Shown in pieces: positions 1-9,326 of a stretch of 64,000 nucleotides of DNA. Source of the DNA: a virus (lineage: Duplodnaviria; Caudoviricetes). Below the pieces are notes generated by a model. That model had not been told where the DNA came from and made no database searches. It was given only the letters and a program-made list of their open reading frames with translations. The stretch lies in the IMG/VR virus record IMGVR_UViG_3300025018_000091; one strand, written 5' to 3'. Position numbers and translations under genes: made by a program. How positions within the stretch are numbered: position 1 is the first letter of the stretch; each line of letters starts with the position of its first letter.

Positions 1-190
1 ACATATAAATGATATTCTTCTTCAAATTGATTATCAGTTTCATTTAAAAGTTTCTCTCTAAATGTATGTCTTATCCAATCAACTGCACTAATATGAAAAA
101 ACTCTTGTCCCTTTGCGGTTGAAAAACACTGAACTAACTGTCTTGATACAGTAGTCTTTCCTGATTTTGGTAGTCCAACAATAAAAATTT

Positions 191-499
191 TCATAGCATT
201 ACTACTTTAATTTTAGCCGTTTCAAGTTTAAGTCTCTCAACTAATTGCCATTCAGTAATAGAATTTCCCTTTTTACGAAATGAGTTTTCTATTTCTACAG
301 AAAGCAGCTCTTTCGCTAACTGATAAGATTGTTCTACTGTGTCTTGAAGAAACTGAGAATACCATTTCTCTCCCTTAAATTGTTCTGGAGACTCAATAAT
401 ATATAACTGTTCATCACCCCTACACTCCCAAGGAGTCGGAATAACTTTAGTTACTTCACATTCATATATTATTGATTGATGGTATACAAACTTTCTCAT
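191..499 (-). CDS. hypothetical protein
   Basis: 102-aa ORF, co-oriented and overlapping its neighbour by 4 bp. Confidence 0.6.
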   Translation of the reverse strand: MRKFVYHQSIIYECEVTKVIPTPWECRGDEQLYIIESPEQFKGEKWYSQFLQDTVEQSYQLAKELLSVEIENSFRKKGNSITEWQLVERLKLETAKIKVVML

Positions 500-1005
500 C
501 TTAAATAACTATATTTTTCTCGCAAGTCTTCAAAATAAGATTTGCGTATAATGTATTGTTCTTTCTCTGCCCATTCTAAATATTCATCTACATCTTTAAG
601 AAATTGTCTTATATCATTTTCCCACTCAGCAAAACGCTTTATATAATTCTCTTTTGATTTCTTATAAGAAATATACTCTAAATCATATTTTTCATTAGGC
701 TCAATAGATATATAATATACCACAATAGATGAGCCACACTCACTACCATTATCCCAACCCTTATTAGCAATCCTTAAATATTCTCTACCAATATGGGATG
801 GTAACTTACTAGCTAAATCATCAATTGTATATTCATGAGCATATTCTAAATTAATATAATTCTTTACTACAAAGAAATCTTTGGGAGGTATAGGTTCTGT
901 TGGTGGATATGGAAAACTAGGTTCAGTCATTATCATTTTTAACATTACCAATCTCCATAAACATAATGTGCAGTTGAAACATATGCAATACCATTGAACC
1001 CACAC
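496..1005 (-). CDS. hypothetical protein (true start probably near 945)
   Basis: ORF in minus-strand operon; its N-terminus overlaps the upstream ORF. Confidence 0.6.
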   Translation of the reverse strand: MWVQWYCICFNCTLCLWRLVMLKMIMTEPSFPYPPTEPIPPKDFFVVKNYINLEYAHEYTIDDLASKLPSHIGREYLRIANKGWDNGSECGSSIVVYYISIEPNEKYDLEYISYKKSKENYIKRFAEWENDIRQFLKDVDEYLEWAEKEQYIIRKSYFEDLREKYSYLR

Positions 1006-1169
1006 CCTTTAGGGCAAGGTCCATAAAGCCTAGGAAACCTCCTACGAATTTCTGTCGTAGAAAGATTTATAGCTTCTTCTAAATTAAACTTAAGACCATG
1101 ATCACATTTAGTAATTTGCTCTTTGTTCTTTTTATTCATGTATTCAACTAAATCAATAACCTCTCCCAT
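945..1169 (-). CDS. small hypothetical protein, possible metal-binding
   Basis: 74 aa with CPKGCG and His/Cys residues. Confidence 0.55.
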   Translation of the reverse strand: MGEVIDLVEYMNKKNKEQITKCDHGLKFNLEEAINLSTTEIRRRFPRLYGPCPKGCGFNGIAYVSTAHYVYGDW

Positions 1170-1208
1170 ATTAGCTCCAATTAATATCTTTTAAGATTAC
1201 GTTCTCTT

Positions 1209-1496
1209 TTAGCTACTTCTCTCTTTAACATTTCGCCTTTCTTCTGAAATTTTCTCTTGGCGCTTTCGTTCATCATAAACTTCTTTAGACATTAGGTAAC
1301 CAATATTTAATTCAGTATGCCCTCTGCTTTCTTGTCCGCCATCATCAGAAGGTATATAATGTGAAGTTAAAACAACATCCTCTAAAGGAATATCTTTAGG
1401 AAGCTTTTCTTTCAAGAAATCTAATAGAGGTAAACATTCATTACTTCCAACATAACAATATAATTCGATTAGTTTTTTATTATATGGCACTTTCAT
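1209..1496 (-). CDS. hypothetical protein
   Basis: 95-aa ORF in operon. Confidence 0.55.
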   Translation of the reverse strand: MKVPYNKKLIELYCYVGSNECLPLLDFLKEKLPKDIPLEDVVLTSHYIPSDDGGQESRGHTELNIGYLMSKEVYDERKRQEKISEERRNVKERSS

Positions 1497-1503
1497 TTGA
1501 CAC

Positions 1504-2442
1504 CTAGTATTTTATACAATTAAACGTGGCTATATATTTAGCCCAAGACTTACTATTTATAATGGATTCAAATTCCATCTTTGCAAATTCTTCTTTGAGG
1601 GAAGAAAAATCTTTAACTCCCTCAGTAATAATTATATCTTCTATTGGAACTGTTCTAAACTCAATTAACTGACGATTGATATTAAAATTGGCTCTATTTT
1701 CTTCAATAGATAAAAGCTTACGTAATACTTCAGGATCACGCATAGCCGCTTCTACCTTTTTAGGAGTCAATACTTTAGGAATATTATCTGCCTTATCTCC
1801 AGCCAAACTCTTCCAAGCAACATATGGATATGTTGGTGGTTGCATAAACTCTTTTTTAATCGGATTATACACATGACAATTTTTATATCCACGTTGTAAG
1901 AGTTGTATGTAATCAGAATCATTACTTAAAACAGTTATATCTTCGTCCTTCATATTCTCGCACAATGTAGCTATTACATCATCAGCTTCATAAGCCTCAG
2001 CTTTACAGATTGTAATTGGTAAGTACTGCATAAGTCTAACAATTTCATCTTTATTTTTAAAGATTCTATCTCTAGAACTTTTCTTACTTGCAGTTTTTAC
2101 AATACGATTTGCTTTATATTCTGAATATAAATCATATCTAAATTGAGGATGCCCCTCTAAAACAAAGAAGCATTTATCTGGAGAAAATATTTCAATTATA
2201 GGTCTAAGGTTTCTGAAAAAATTATAGATAAGAACATAATCTTCATTTGGAGTTTCCTCACACCTATCTTCTACCATGAACCAGGCACCACCACATTCAC
2301 AATGAGGATGACCTAATTGGTGCAAAGTTATATAGGCATCACAGTCCATGCATAACTTATGCTTAGGATCTTTTTTTGGTCCAAAACCAACGCTAGCTCT
2401 CCAGATAGCATTCATGGCATCTATAAACAGAACTTTATCCAT
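1504..2442 (-). CDS. 5'-3' exonuclease / flap endonuclease (T4 RNase H-like) with Cys-rich insertion
   Basis: Motifs LFIDAMN, YKANR, EADDVIATL, SNDSDYIQLL and GDKADNIP are the FEN/5'-3' exonuclease acidic signatures. Confidence 0.9.
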   Translation of the reverse strand: MDKVLFIDAMNAIWRASVGFGPKKDPKHKLCMDCDAYITLHQLGHPHCECGGAWFMVEDRCEETPNEDYVLIYNFFRNLRPIIEIFSPDKCFFVLEGHPQFRYDLYSEYKANRIVKTASKKSSRDRIFKNKDEIVRLMQYLPITICKAEAYEADDVIATLCENMKDEDITVLSNDSDYIQLLQRGYKNCHVYNPIKKEFMQPPTYPYVAWKSLAGDKADNIPKVLTPKKVEAAMRDPEVLRKLLSIEENRANFNINRQLIEFRTVPIEDIIITEGVKDFSSLKEEFAKMEFESIINSKSWAKYIATFNCIKY

Positions 2443-2460
2443 TTTTAATACAATACTCGC

Positions 2461-3009
2461 TCACTTCAATTTAAAAGAATCTGCAATGGTCTGGCAATCC
2501 TCTGGCGGTATACCGACATCATTAGGTTCTCCACCGCAATTTAAGGAATAACCAAACCCATCTTTAGCTGTAAGCCAAGTATCCACAACCAAGCCATGGT
2601 CCTTGGTCCTAACATAAACAAACGCTTCTTCATCAAGAGAAACTGTTGCAGTGATAAGTACCTTGGCTCCCTGTCCCCTTAAACCTCTGATAGTCTCAAT
2701 AGCAAACTGATCAAATGAATCTATATATGTTTCTTTACTAAGAAGTAAAAATCCATTAGTAGTTTCATTATCTGCAAGTAAAGCCACTGTATCACTACCA
2801 TTCAATGGAGTTTGCTCTGTCCATCCAACTGGCAATACAAGCTGCCAATTATCCCTAGTAACAACCATATCAGTTTCCTCTACAACATCATCACATACAA
2901 GCACATCAGGTGTTGCGTCAACACCTGCTTCAACAAAGGAATTAGTATTAGTTGGGCATCCAATTAAGTTAAATGATAAGAATGGTAAAAGTAATAGTAT
3001 TTTTTTCAT
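2461..3009 (-). CDS. lipoprotein, possible PsbP/DcrB-like fold
   Basis: Signal peptide with lipobox-like LIGC, 'EAGVDA' linker and 'WQLVLPVGW' motif. Confidence 0.55.
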   Translation of the reverse strand: MKKILLLLPFLSFNLIGCPTNTNSFVEAGVDATPDVLVCDDVVEETDMVVTRDNWQLVLPVGWTEQTPLNGSDTVALLADNETTNGFLLLSKETYIDSFDQFAIETIRGLRGQGAKVLITATVSLDEEAFVYVRTKDHGLVVDTWLTAKDGFGYSLNCGGEPNDVGIPPEDCQTIADSFKLK

Positions 3010-3086
3010 ATTGAACCTTATATTAAAATTAAAGAAAACGGGATAGGCTTGTACAACCTATCCCGTCATATCTATAATATCCTCTA

Positions 3087-3455
3087 TTATTCAGAATCTT
3101 CAGAGTCTAAAGAACCAGCAGATGCGACTTTAGCTTCAATTTGAGCTTTAAGATCATTCTTGATAGAAGTTTTAACTACCTTTGCTGCATCTCTTTTTTG
3201 TTTATCAGATGCTCTCATAATGCCGCCATGGGCTCCACGAGTAACATACCAATCAGGATGTTTGCGAACATAGTAACGTACAATAGGATCTGCTTCGCGC
3301 ATTTGCTTATCATCCCAATTCAACTTAACCGCCATCATACCCAGCAGTGCCGGGAATTGCAGATTACCTTCATTGGTCCAATTATTCAATACCGAATCGG
3401 TTGCGGTAAAAATACTGGTTAAATCGTCTAGTATATTTTTGATTGTATCACTCAT
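3087..3455 (-). CDS. winged-helix (Rrf2-like wing) DNA-binding protein, paralogue 1
   Basis: VTRGAHGG motif shared with ORF 26709-26993 and similar to the Rrf2 wing (S/T)xRGxxGG. Confidence 0.55.
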   Translation of the reverse strand: MSDTIKNILDDLTSIFTATDSVLNNWTNEGNLQFPALLGMMAVKLNWDDKQMREADPIVRYYVRKHPDWYVTRGAHGGIMRASDKQKRDAAKVVKTSIKNDLKAQIEAKVASAGSLDSEDSE

Positions 3456-3693
3456 TTTTTATAACTCCATTGTCCTTTATTAAATCTCTAAGTCTATGGG
3501 AAAAGACAATGTAAGCATATACTGTCACAGCAACTATAACAGATAGTATTAGCGCCAAGTGTCTCTCTAAACCATAGAATAATAGCTGGTAGAATACTGT
3601 GTGTGAAACCACAGAAGATATAAAGATATCTACTAATACATTAATTATTATTGCTGGTAAGACTAATAAGAGTTTAGCAGATACCTTACTCAT
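3448..3693 (-). CDS. small membrane protein
   Basis: Two hydrophobic segments. Confidence 0.55.
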   Translation of the reverse strand: MSKVSAKLLLVLPAIIINVLVDIFISSVVSHTVFYQLLFYGLERHLALILSVIVAVTVYAYIVFSHRLRDLIKDNGVIKNE

Positions 3694-3992
3694 CAGTATG
3701 AGACCTTGCTTGCGAAACGTCCACGTTGATCACGGTAATATACTCGACCAGGCTTTTGAGTATATACCTTCTTTGCTACGGAAGACTTTGCCTTAGCTTG
3801 CACCGGCAACTTACTATTTTCCATAGCATAAACTTCACCCAACGCAAATACCATTGTAGTAGAATTGCGAACTAACTCATTGGCTGCGGCAAGAAAATCA
3901 CCCTTACCATCAAGATTCTCTTGAACCCTCTTAGCTAAGACTTCAATCTGTGCTGCAAGTTGCTTGACATCATTACGTGTTGACGAACTCAT
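3693..3992 (-). CDS. hypothetical protein
   Basis: 99 aa with basic C-terminus (RDQRGRF); GGAG SD upstream. Confidence 0.6.
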   Translation of the reverse strand: MSSSTRNDVKQLAAQIEVLAKRVQENLDGKGDFLAAANELVRNSTTMVFALGEVYAMENSKLPVQAKAKSSVAKKVYTQKPGRVYYRDQRGRFASKVSY

Positions 3993-4072
3993 TTTATTCT
4001 CCTGTTTTTCTTATCGGAATCTACTGTAATTTTAATCACTAATTTTTGAAGCGCAAGTCCCCTATAATTTTT

Positions 4073-4420
4073 TTAATTTCTCATGCCGCCACCGTTACCA
4101 GGGCTTCCAAATTTAGATTTCAAAATAGAGTTTATTTGGTCCATAGGATCATTCTCTTCTGATCCCTGTAAAGCAAACTTCATAATCTTACTTAAATCGC
4201 CAACCAATAAAGAAGATTCATTGGATATACCATAAAGCAATCCAGCCGCTTTAGAAAGATCAATTATAAACTTTCTATATTCTTGACCATCTTTATCTTC
4301 AGATAGCTTATCTCTGGCTACATAAGACTCGTCTAATTGTTTCTCTAATTCAGAAACAAGATCCTTTAAAAGGGATAAATCAGCTTTGATATCTTTTCTT
4401 GACATATGTTTACTCTCCAA
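4073..4420 (-). CDS. hypothetical protein
   Basis: 115-aa helical ORF. Confidence 0.55.
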   Translation of the reverse strand: MESKHMSRKDIKADLSLLKDLVSELEKQLDESYVARDKLSEDKDGQEYRKFIIDLSKAAGLLYGISNESSLLVGDLSKIMKFALQGSEENDPMDQINSILKSKFGSPGNGGGMRN

Positions 4421-5009
4421 TCATTACTCTATCAAAATCTATTAATTTGAAATTATCATTAATATTTTTCATTATATTTCTAGGATGCAAATCCATGTGA
4501 TAAAAATTAGACTCTTTCAATACTCTATAAAATCTAAATACTTTATTGTAATCAAAATCTAATCCTCTTTGCATACCACGCAGCATATCTGTTGCTGAAG
4601 CTAAAGAATAATTCTTCTTTACATTTCTATCTTCATGAGAAAGAAGACTGTAAAATACTTTCTTTTCATCTTCAGTAATCTTATACAACTTTTCCATTAC
4701 ATAATAGTAAAGAATATAATGTCGTTCTCCAATGTAAGCCCTCTCAGTACCACAGCCAATATACTTATGATCATATACACACGCACACATGGGATAATTT
4801 CCGCGCTTTATATCTTCTAGAACAGAATATATTTGATTATACTTAGGGTTTTCTATAACTAAGTTATCATATAATACACTGATTTTTATTACACGGTCAT
4901 CATAATCTACTAAGTCAAAAACTTGACCATCAGCACCATATCCAATTTCATTACCAAGATTATACTTTAAATCAAAATTATTAGATTGTACTAGTCTTAG
5001 CGCTTGCAT
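4410..5009 (-). CDS. protein kinase-like (Ser/Thr/APH fold) protein
   Basis: Gly loop IGYGADGQV, VIK lysine, HMDLHPRNIM catalytic loop, LIDFD. Confidence 0.85.
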   Translation of the reverse strand: MQALRLVQSNNFDLKYNLGNEIGYGADGQVFDLVDYDDRVIKISVLYDNLVIENPKYNQIYSVLEDIKRGNYPMCACVYDHKYIGCGTERAYIGERHYILYYYVMEKLYKITEDEKKVFYSLLSHEDRNVKKNYSLASATDMLRGMQRGLDFDYNKVFRFYRVLKESNFYHMDLHPRNIMKNINDNFKLIDFDRVMIGE

Positions 5010-5019
5010 ATTATAATCT

Positions 5020-5277
5020 TTATGAATTTGCTTGAATGTTCTGTTCCACTTCCCAATCTTTTAGCTTTCGATTGAAAACAATTTCCCAAGCAGAAATGGC
5101 TGTGTATATATCTGGTTTATTATCACCAAAATAACAATACTTAGCGCCATATATTGCGTTATGTTCTTCTCCATTAATTTCAACAACAGTACTAATACCC
5201 CCGTCTGCTTCAATAGACAAGACATTAACTTCATGTCCCATTACATGGAACGTAATAAAATCTGAAAAATCTTCCAT
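5020..5277 (-). CDS. hypothetical protein (start MEDFS at 5277; the longer start lies inside the tRNA-like gene)
   Basis: GGAG SD precedes the ATG at 5277. Confidence 0.55.
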   Translation of the reverse strand: MEDFSDFITFHVMGHEVNVLSIEADGGISTVVEINGEEHNAIYGAKYCYFGDNKPDIYTAISAWEIVFNRKLKDWEVEQNIQANS

Positions 5278-5294
5278 ATAATCTCCAATTATTG

Positions 5295-5409
5295 TGGGGC
5301 AGGTGAGATTCGAACTCACAATCATTACTAGTGTACTCAGTAATGATAGGCGTTTAAAAGTCGTACACTACTCTTAAATCGCCCGCGTATTCCATTCCGC
5401 CACCGCCCC
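5295..5409 (-). tRNA. non-canonical tRNA-Leu(TAA)-like RNA with 18-nt anticodon-arm expansion and long variable arm
   Basis: Acceptor GGGGCGG/CTGCCCC+A73, D arm GCG-GAATGGAATA-CGC, T arm GTGAG-TTCGAAT-CTCAC, 9-bp variable stem; 25 nt instead of 7 between GGCGA and ACGCC. Confidence 0.75.
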
Positions 5410-5450
5410 ATACATTAAAGATGCTAATTAATTAGCATCTTTAATTCTAA

Positions 5451-6059
5451 TTAACTATTTTGAATTTTTGTTTTCAAATCATCAAAACAAATTCCATAAT
5501 CAATTACCCATCGAGCGTAAACTTCAGAATCCTTATTTAATCTCATAGCAACTTCTATTGTTTCATTATTTACAGTAGCTTTTTTTGTACCATGAGCGCT
5601 GCTTACTCTAATAAGAGATTGTTCTAATTCATATTGACTTTTAGTCAGATAAAATAATTGGCTATGTATGTTTGTCAAATCCGTAACATCTACTCCAATA
5701 AAAATATAATCTACATTTTGCCAAGGTCTAATCTGTACCAGATTAAGTTGATTATTTGATGATGTAAATATACTTGATTTAAATTCAAAATTTTTACCGT
5801 TAAAAGATTTGTCTCCCTGATCTATATCTTTCGAATTAGGTATACCTAATTTATCTGAATAAAAATTTGCAATTCTGGAACCGTATGATTGAGGATTTAG
5901 CAAAGCAATACACTTCAAAAAATCTTCTTCTTTTTTATCAAAAGACCATTTTGGATATCCTACGGCTTTACCTCTTATCTCATGTAATGAGCTTAAAAGT
6001 TTTGTAGCCATCTCCATATCAATATTATCCCTATCACTTTTTTTCACTCTAACTACCAA
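5451..6059 (-). CDS. putative type II restriction endonuclease (PD-(D/E)XK)
   Basis: GD...FEFKSS catalytic-like motif; overlaps an N6-adenine MTase gene. Confidence 0.6.
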   Translation of the reverse strand: MVVRVKKSDRDNIDMEMATKLLSSLHEIRGKAVGYPKWSFDKKEEDFLKCIALLNPQSYGSRIANFYSDKLGIPNSKDIDQGDKSFNGKNFEFKSSIFTSSNNQLNLVQIRPWQNVDYIFIGVDVTDLTNIHSQLFYLTKSQYELEQSLIRVSSAHGTKKATVNNETIEVAMRLNKDSEVYARWVIDYGICFDDLKTKIQNS

Positions 6060-6999
6060 ATCTTTCTGTATAGAGTTTCACTAAATCTGATTTACACAAA
6101 GATGATTGTCTTGCACTATTATCTGCACATGAATAATCTAATGATTCAAATCTTTTAATTAACTTTTCTTTATCAAGATTCGATTTGATAAAATGTACAG
6201 ATTTTGGTCTCCATTTAAATAAATCTACAGATACCTGACCAGGATTCGATCCGTAAGCTAATATCACAAAATCTGCATCTTGTGGTGGGAAAAGATCACC
6301 ACCCTTTTTAAGGTAAGGAAGAAACTCCCAATCTTCATGAGATAAAATCTTTTTAACCTTTTCCCTTAATTTATTTCTTTTCTCCCATATTTGAAAACAA
6401 CACTTAACATTTGTAGATTTAACACCCTCAAAAGGTTCTTCCAATAAATCTACTGACTTAATTAGATGAAATCTTTTATCTAACCTATCATGAATAGATT
6501 GTTTATTCCAAGTTCTAGGAATAATGAAAGCAATTACTTCTGAAAACTTAGCTGCGTGATTAAAAAAATCTACCGATAATTTATTCTGAGTACCAAAAGG
6601 AGGATTGCCAACGACAATAACTTTTTTGTATTGCTTACTGGGCTCGAAATCAAAAAAAGATTTGTTTATATATTTAGGATTTGCTCTACACAAATCTTTA
6701 TCTATTTCTATAGCCAATCTATTATCTGCTGGCAAATTATTGAAAAACGAACCCGTCCCAGCGCTTGGCTCAATTATTAAATCATAATCTTCAAACCTAT
6801 AAGACTGTGACAATAATTTCAAACACTCTTTAGCTACAAACTCTTTTGTATTAAACTGATCATAGATATACACATCATCAGTTTTTGTAATTTTAATTCT
6901 GGAATATATGGTTTTATTATCTGTAAAACTAACTACCTCTTCTAAAGCACATGTAGCAAAATCATTTCTAACTCTATTTAAAATAAATCTAATTATCAT
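6049..6999 (-). CDS. DNA N6-adenine methyltransferase
   Basis: Motif I IEPSAGTGSF and motif IV GNPPFG. Confidence 0.9.
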   Translation of the reverse strand: MIIRFILNRVRNDFATCALEEVVSFTDNKTIYSRIKITKTDDVYIYDQFNTKEFVAKECLKLLSQSYRFEDYDLIIEPSAGTGSFFNNLPADNRLAIEIDKDLCRANPKYINKSFFDFEPSKQYKKVIVVGNPPFGTQNKLSVDFFNHAAKFSEVIAFIIPRTWNKQSIHDRLDKRFHLIKSVDLLEEPFEGVKSTNVKCCFQIWEKRNKLREKVKKILSHEDWEFLPYLKKGGDLFPPQDADFVILAYGSNPGQVSVDLFKWRPKSVHFIKSNLDKEKLIKRFESLDYSCADNSARQSSLCKSDLVKLYTERFGS

Positions 7000-7709
7000 T
7001 TAATAACCTGAAGTCGCCTCTTAATATGATTCTTTTTAACACCATGAACTACAAACGTTATACCATAATTGTTATTGAACAAATAATTATCATTCAAACA
7101 CAACCGACAATCTGCACATGGAACACCACGAGTTTGAGCTGGACAAGGAATCCATTTAGTATCAGAACCTGGTAGAGTATATGCTCTTTCACTTGGATGT
7201 TCTGAGACAACAAGCGCTGGAGCATACCCATTTTGGCGAGCATACTGAACTTCCTCGGTAGAATCTACAGAAGCCAACATAGAAACATTCTCCCAAACAT
7301 CTTTAGTAACATGATCCCAACAATGAGTATAAGACCAAACATCACCACCACCACGACTCTTCCATCGACCGACCGCATTATTAATTAACTTAGCTCCAGA
7401 AATAGTACGACAATCTCCAGATACATGCAGTCTCATATCACGACCACTAGGAACTGTTCCGCCACCATAAGACTCATCAATAACTTTAGCTTCGGCTCGT
7501 GCAATCTGTAATGCAGAAAGCCCATTTACTTCTTTATCAAGACGACCTACATGAATACCTAAAGGTCCCATTTGTGCATAACAGCCCTCATCTTTCAATG
7601 GGCAGGTTAAAGGACAAGATCCCATTACAGATACATAAGTTGCATCTATTTTTTTAAAACCCTTAATTTTTCTATTACTAGAATTACTTACATACTTAAC
7701 ACCGTTCAT
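6996..7709 (-). CDS. Cys-rich phage protein, mycobacteriophage Gp88-like (Fe-S / radical-SAM-like)
   Basis: CPxxCPL...CYA, RLHVSGD, WSYTH, ASVDS, CPAQ...CxxCxLC pattern. Confidence 0.6.
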   Translation of the reverse strand: MNGVKYVSNSSNRKIKGFKKIDATYVSVMGSCPLTCPLKDEGCYAQMGPLGIHVGRLDKEVNGLSALQIARAEAKVIDESYGGGTVPSGRDMRLHVSGDCRTISGAKLINNAVGRWKSRGGGDVWSYTHCWDHVTKDVWENVSMLASVDSTEEVQYARQNGYAPALVVSEHPSERAYTLPGSDTKWIPCPAQTRGVPCADCRLCLNDNYLFNNNYGITFVVHGVKKNHIKRRLQVIK

Positions 7710-7734
7710 TGAATAATTACTCCTTCTAACAGTA

Positions 7735-7759
7735 GGCTTGCCCGCCTTACTCGATGGGG
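7735..7759 (-). promoter_or_regulatory. dispersed 25-bp motif, copy 1
   Basis: Plus strand ggcttgcccgccttactcgatgggg; intergenic, upstream of the 7709 start. Confidence 0.7.
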
Positions 7760-7837
7760 AATTTTCGAAATTAACTGTATAAATTAATTTGTACGATTGA
7801 TTGTTGTAAATTGATTTTTATAAACTGTGAGTTATTT

Positions 7838-8257
7838 TTAATGTAATTCGCGGGAACCAAAATTTCTTTTCAAAATAACATCATCAATCCATGCTCTAGT
7901 AGTCTTCCAACATTTACATGCTGAAACAGTTCCTGTTCTAGTTTCTTTTGGAGATACCCACATCACTGGTCTTCCTTCTTCACTTCCACCACAAATATTT
8001 CCGCCAACATCAGTCCCTTCATATGAAAAATTAGCAGTGACATGGAATCTATTCTGACACTTCGAAAGAACTGTAATATCCATCTCTCTACACCCGCCGC
8101 CAATTTCTCGACCAGTACCATATTGAATCTCTGCACACTTATAAAAATCTTCCCCATTTTCATCAGCAACAGCAACAACATCAGCACTAATATTTACAGA
8201 AATAAATGCCAACATAATTAATAATTTCTTTGTTATCATCATCTTTTCTCCAATCAT
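7838..8257 (-). CDS. secreted hypothetical protein
   Basis: N-terminal signal peptide, paired Cys. Confidence 0.6.
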   Translation of the reverse strand: MIGEKMMITKKLLIMLAFISVNISADVVAVADENGEDFYKCAEIQYGTGREIGGGCREMDITVLSKCQNRFHVTANFSYEGTDVGGNICGGSEEGRPVMWVSPKETRTGTVSACKCWKTTRAWIDDVILKRNFGSRELH

Positions 8258-8284
8258 ATACTAATGACAAATTATTATTTGTTC

Positions 8285-8482
8285 TTAATTCTCAGAAGAA
8301 TACTTATACCATATCTTGTTTTCATCATGAGCATATACAATAGAATGTCCGTAAAATCCCCAATTTAATTCTATTACAATCCTAGCCGCAGACGCATCAT
8401 ACCAAACTCTTTCCACCATCGCTAGTTGATCCATCTCATGAACACGAAGAATATCGCCTACTTTAACCATAATTATCACCAA
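8285..8482 (-). CDS. hypothetical protein
   Basis: 65-aa ORF in operon. Confidence 0.5.
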   Translation of the reverse strand: MVIIMVKVGDILRVHEMDQLAMVERVWYDASAARIVIELNWGFYGHSIVYAHDENKIWYKYSSEN

Positions 8483-8685
8483 TCGCTAGATGAACCACCA
8501 CCACCAGAACTACCACCACCAAATCCGCCAAATCCGCCACCAGAATCTCCACCAGATCCAGAACCCCAACCACCACCGCCAGAAAACAATGCTTCAACAA
8601 TGGCTCCAAGAATCCTAAACTTAATTAGAATATATAGAACAAGAACGACTGTCACAACAATTGCTACTATAGTTAGTGTACTCAT
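8476..8685 (-). CDS. small membrane protein with Gly-rich tail, resembling the C-terminus of TPM/YgcG proteins
   Basis: One TM helix plus GGGFGGFGGGSSGGGGSSSDW; directly downstream of lemA. Confidence 0.7.
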   Translation of the reverse strand: MSTLTIVAIVVTVVLVLYILIKFRILGAIVEALFSGGGGWGSGSGGDSGGGFGGFGGGSSGGGGSSSDW

Positions 8686-8687
8686 AA

Positions 8688-9326
8688 TTACTTACCTGAA
8701 TTTGCTGGAGAGAAATCTACTGTTGGCGCAACGGTAGCGCTAGGATCGGCAGAAAAATAAACACGAGATTTAAATTCATTGCCAGTTACTGGATTAATTG
8801 CTTTGCCACTAACACGACGAAGCTCAAGGTTATAATCCTTTACAACCTTATTGTATTGTTGACGGGCACGCAGGATACGATTCTCTGTACCTTCCATCTG
8901 AACCATAAGATCATGGAACTGTGCGTTTGCTTTTAGGTCGGGATAATTTTCCCGAACCATCATAAGACGAGATAGCGTTCCCTTCAATTGATCTTGAGCC
9001 TTTTGGAAAGCAGCAATCTTTGCAGGATCAGTTAAATCATCTGCACTCAACTTAATCTGAGTAGCCGCAGCCCTTGCTTCCATAACCTCTTTCAAAGTCT
9101 TGGATTCATAAGCCGCAGATCCCTTAACGATTGCAACAAGATTGGGAATCAAATCCGAACGACGTTGCAATTGTGCCTCGTAGTCAGACCACATTTGATT
9201 ACAGATTTCGTCCTTATCGACCAGGGTATCATACTTCTGAACGCCTTGGTCTACGAGCGAACATCCTGTAGAGCCAACTGTGGCACAACTAAGGCACAGA
9301 GCGCAAACAAGACTGTAAACTCTCAT
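8688..9326 (-). CDS. lemA: LemA family protein
   Basis: QRRSDLIPNLV, ENYPDLKAN, EGTENRI...RQQYN motifs. Confidence 0.95.
   Translation of the reverse strand: MRVYSLVCALCLSCATVGSTGCSLVDQGVQKYDTLVDKDEICNQMWSDYEAQLQRRSDLIPNLVAIVKGSAAYESKTLKEVMEARAAATQIKLSADDLTDPAKIAAFQKAQDQLKGTLSRLMMVRENYPDLKANAQFHDLMVQMEGTENRILRARQQYNKVVKDYNLELRRVSGKAINPVTGNEFKSRVYFSADPSATVAPTVDFSPANSGK

Noticed and set aside
8426-8737. Pro-rich plus-strand ORF
   Set aside because: Antisense shadow of the Gly-rich minus-strand gene. Most other short + ORFs over minus genes (e.g. 36455-36928, 37727-38380, 47875-48303) were rejected for the same reason.
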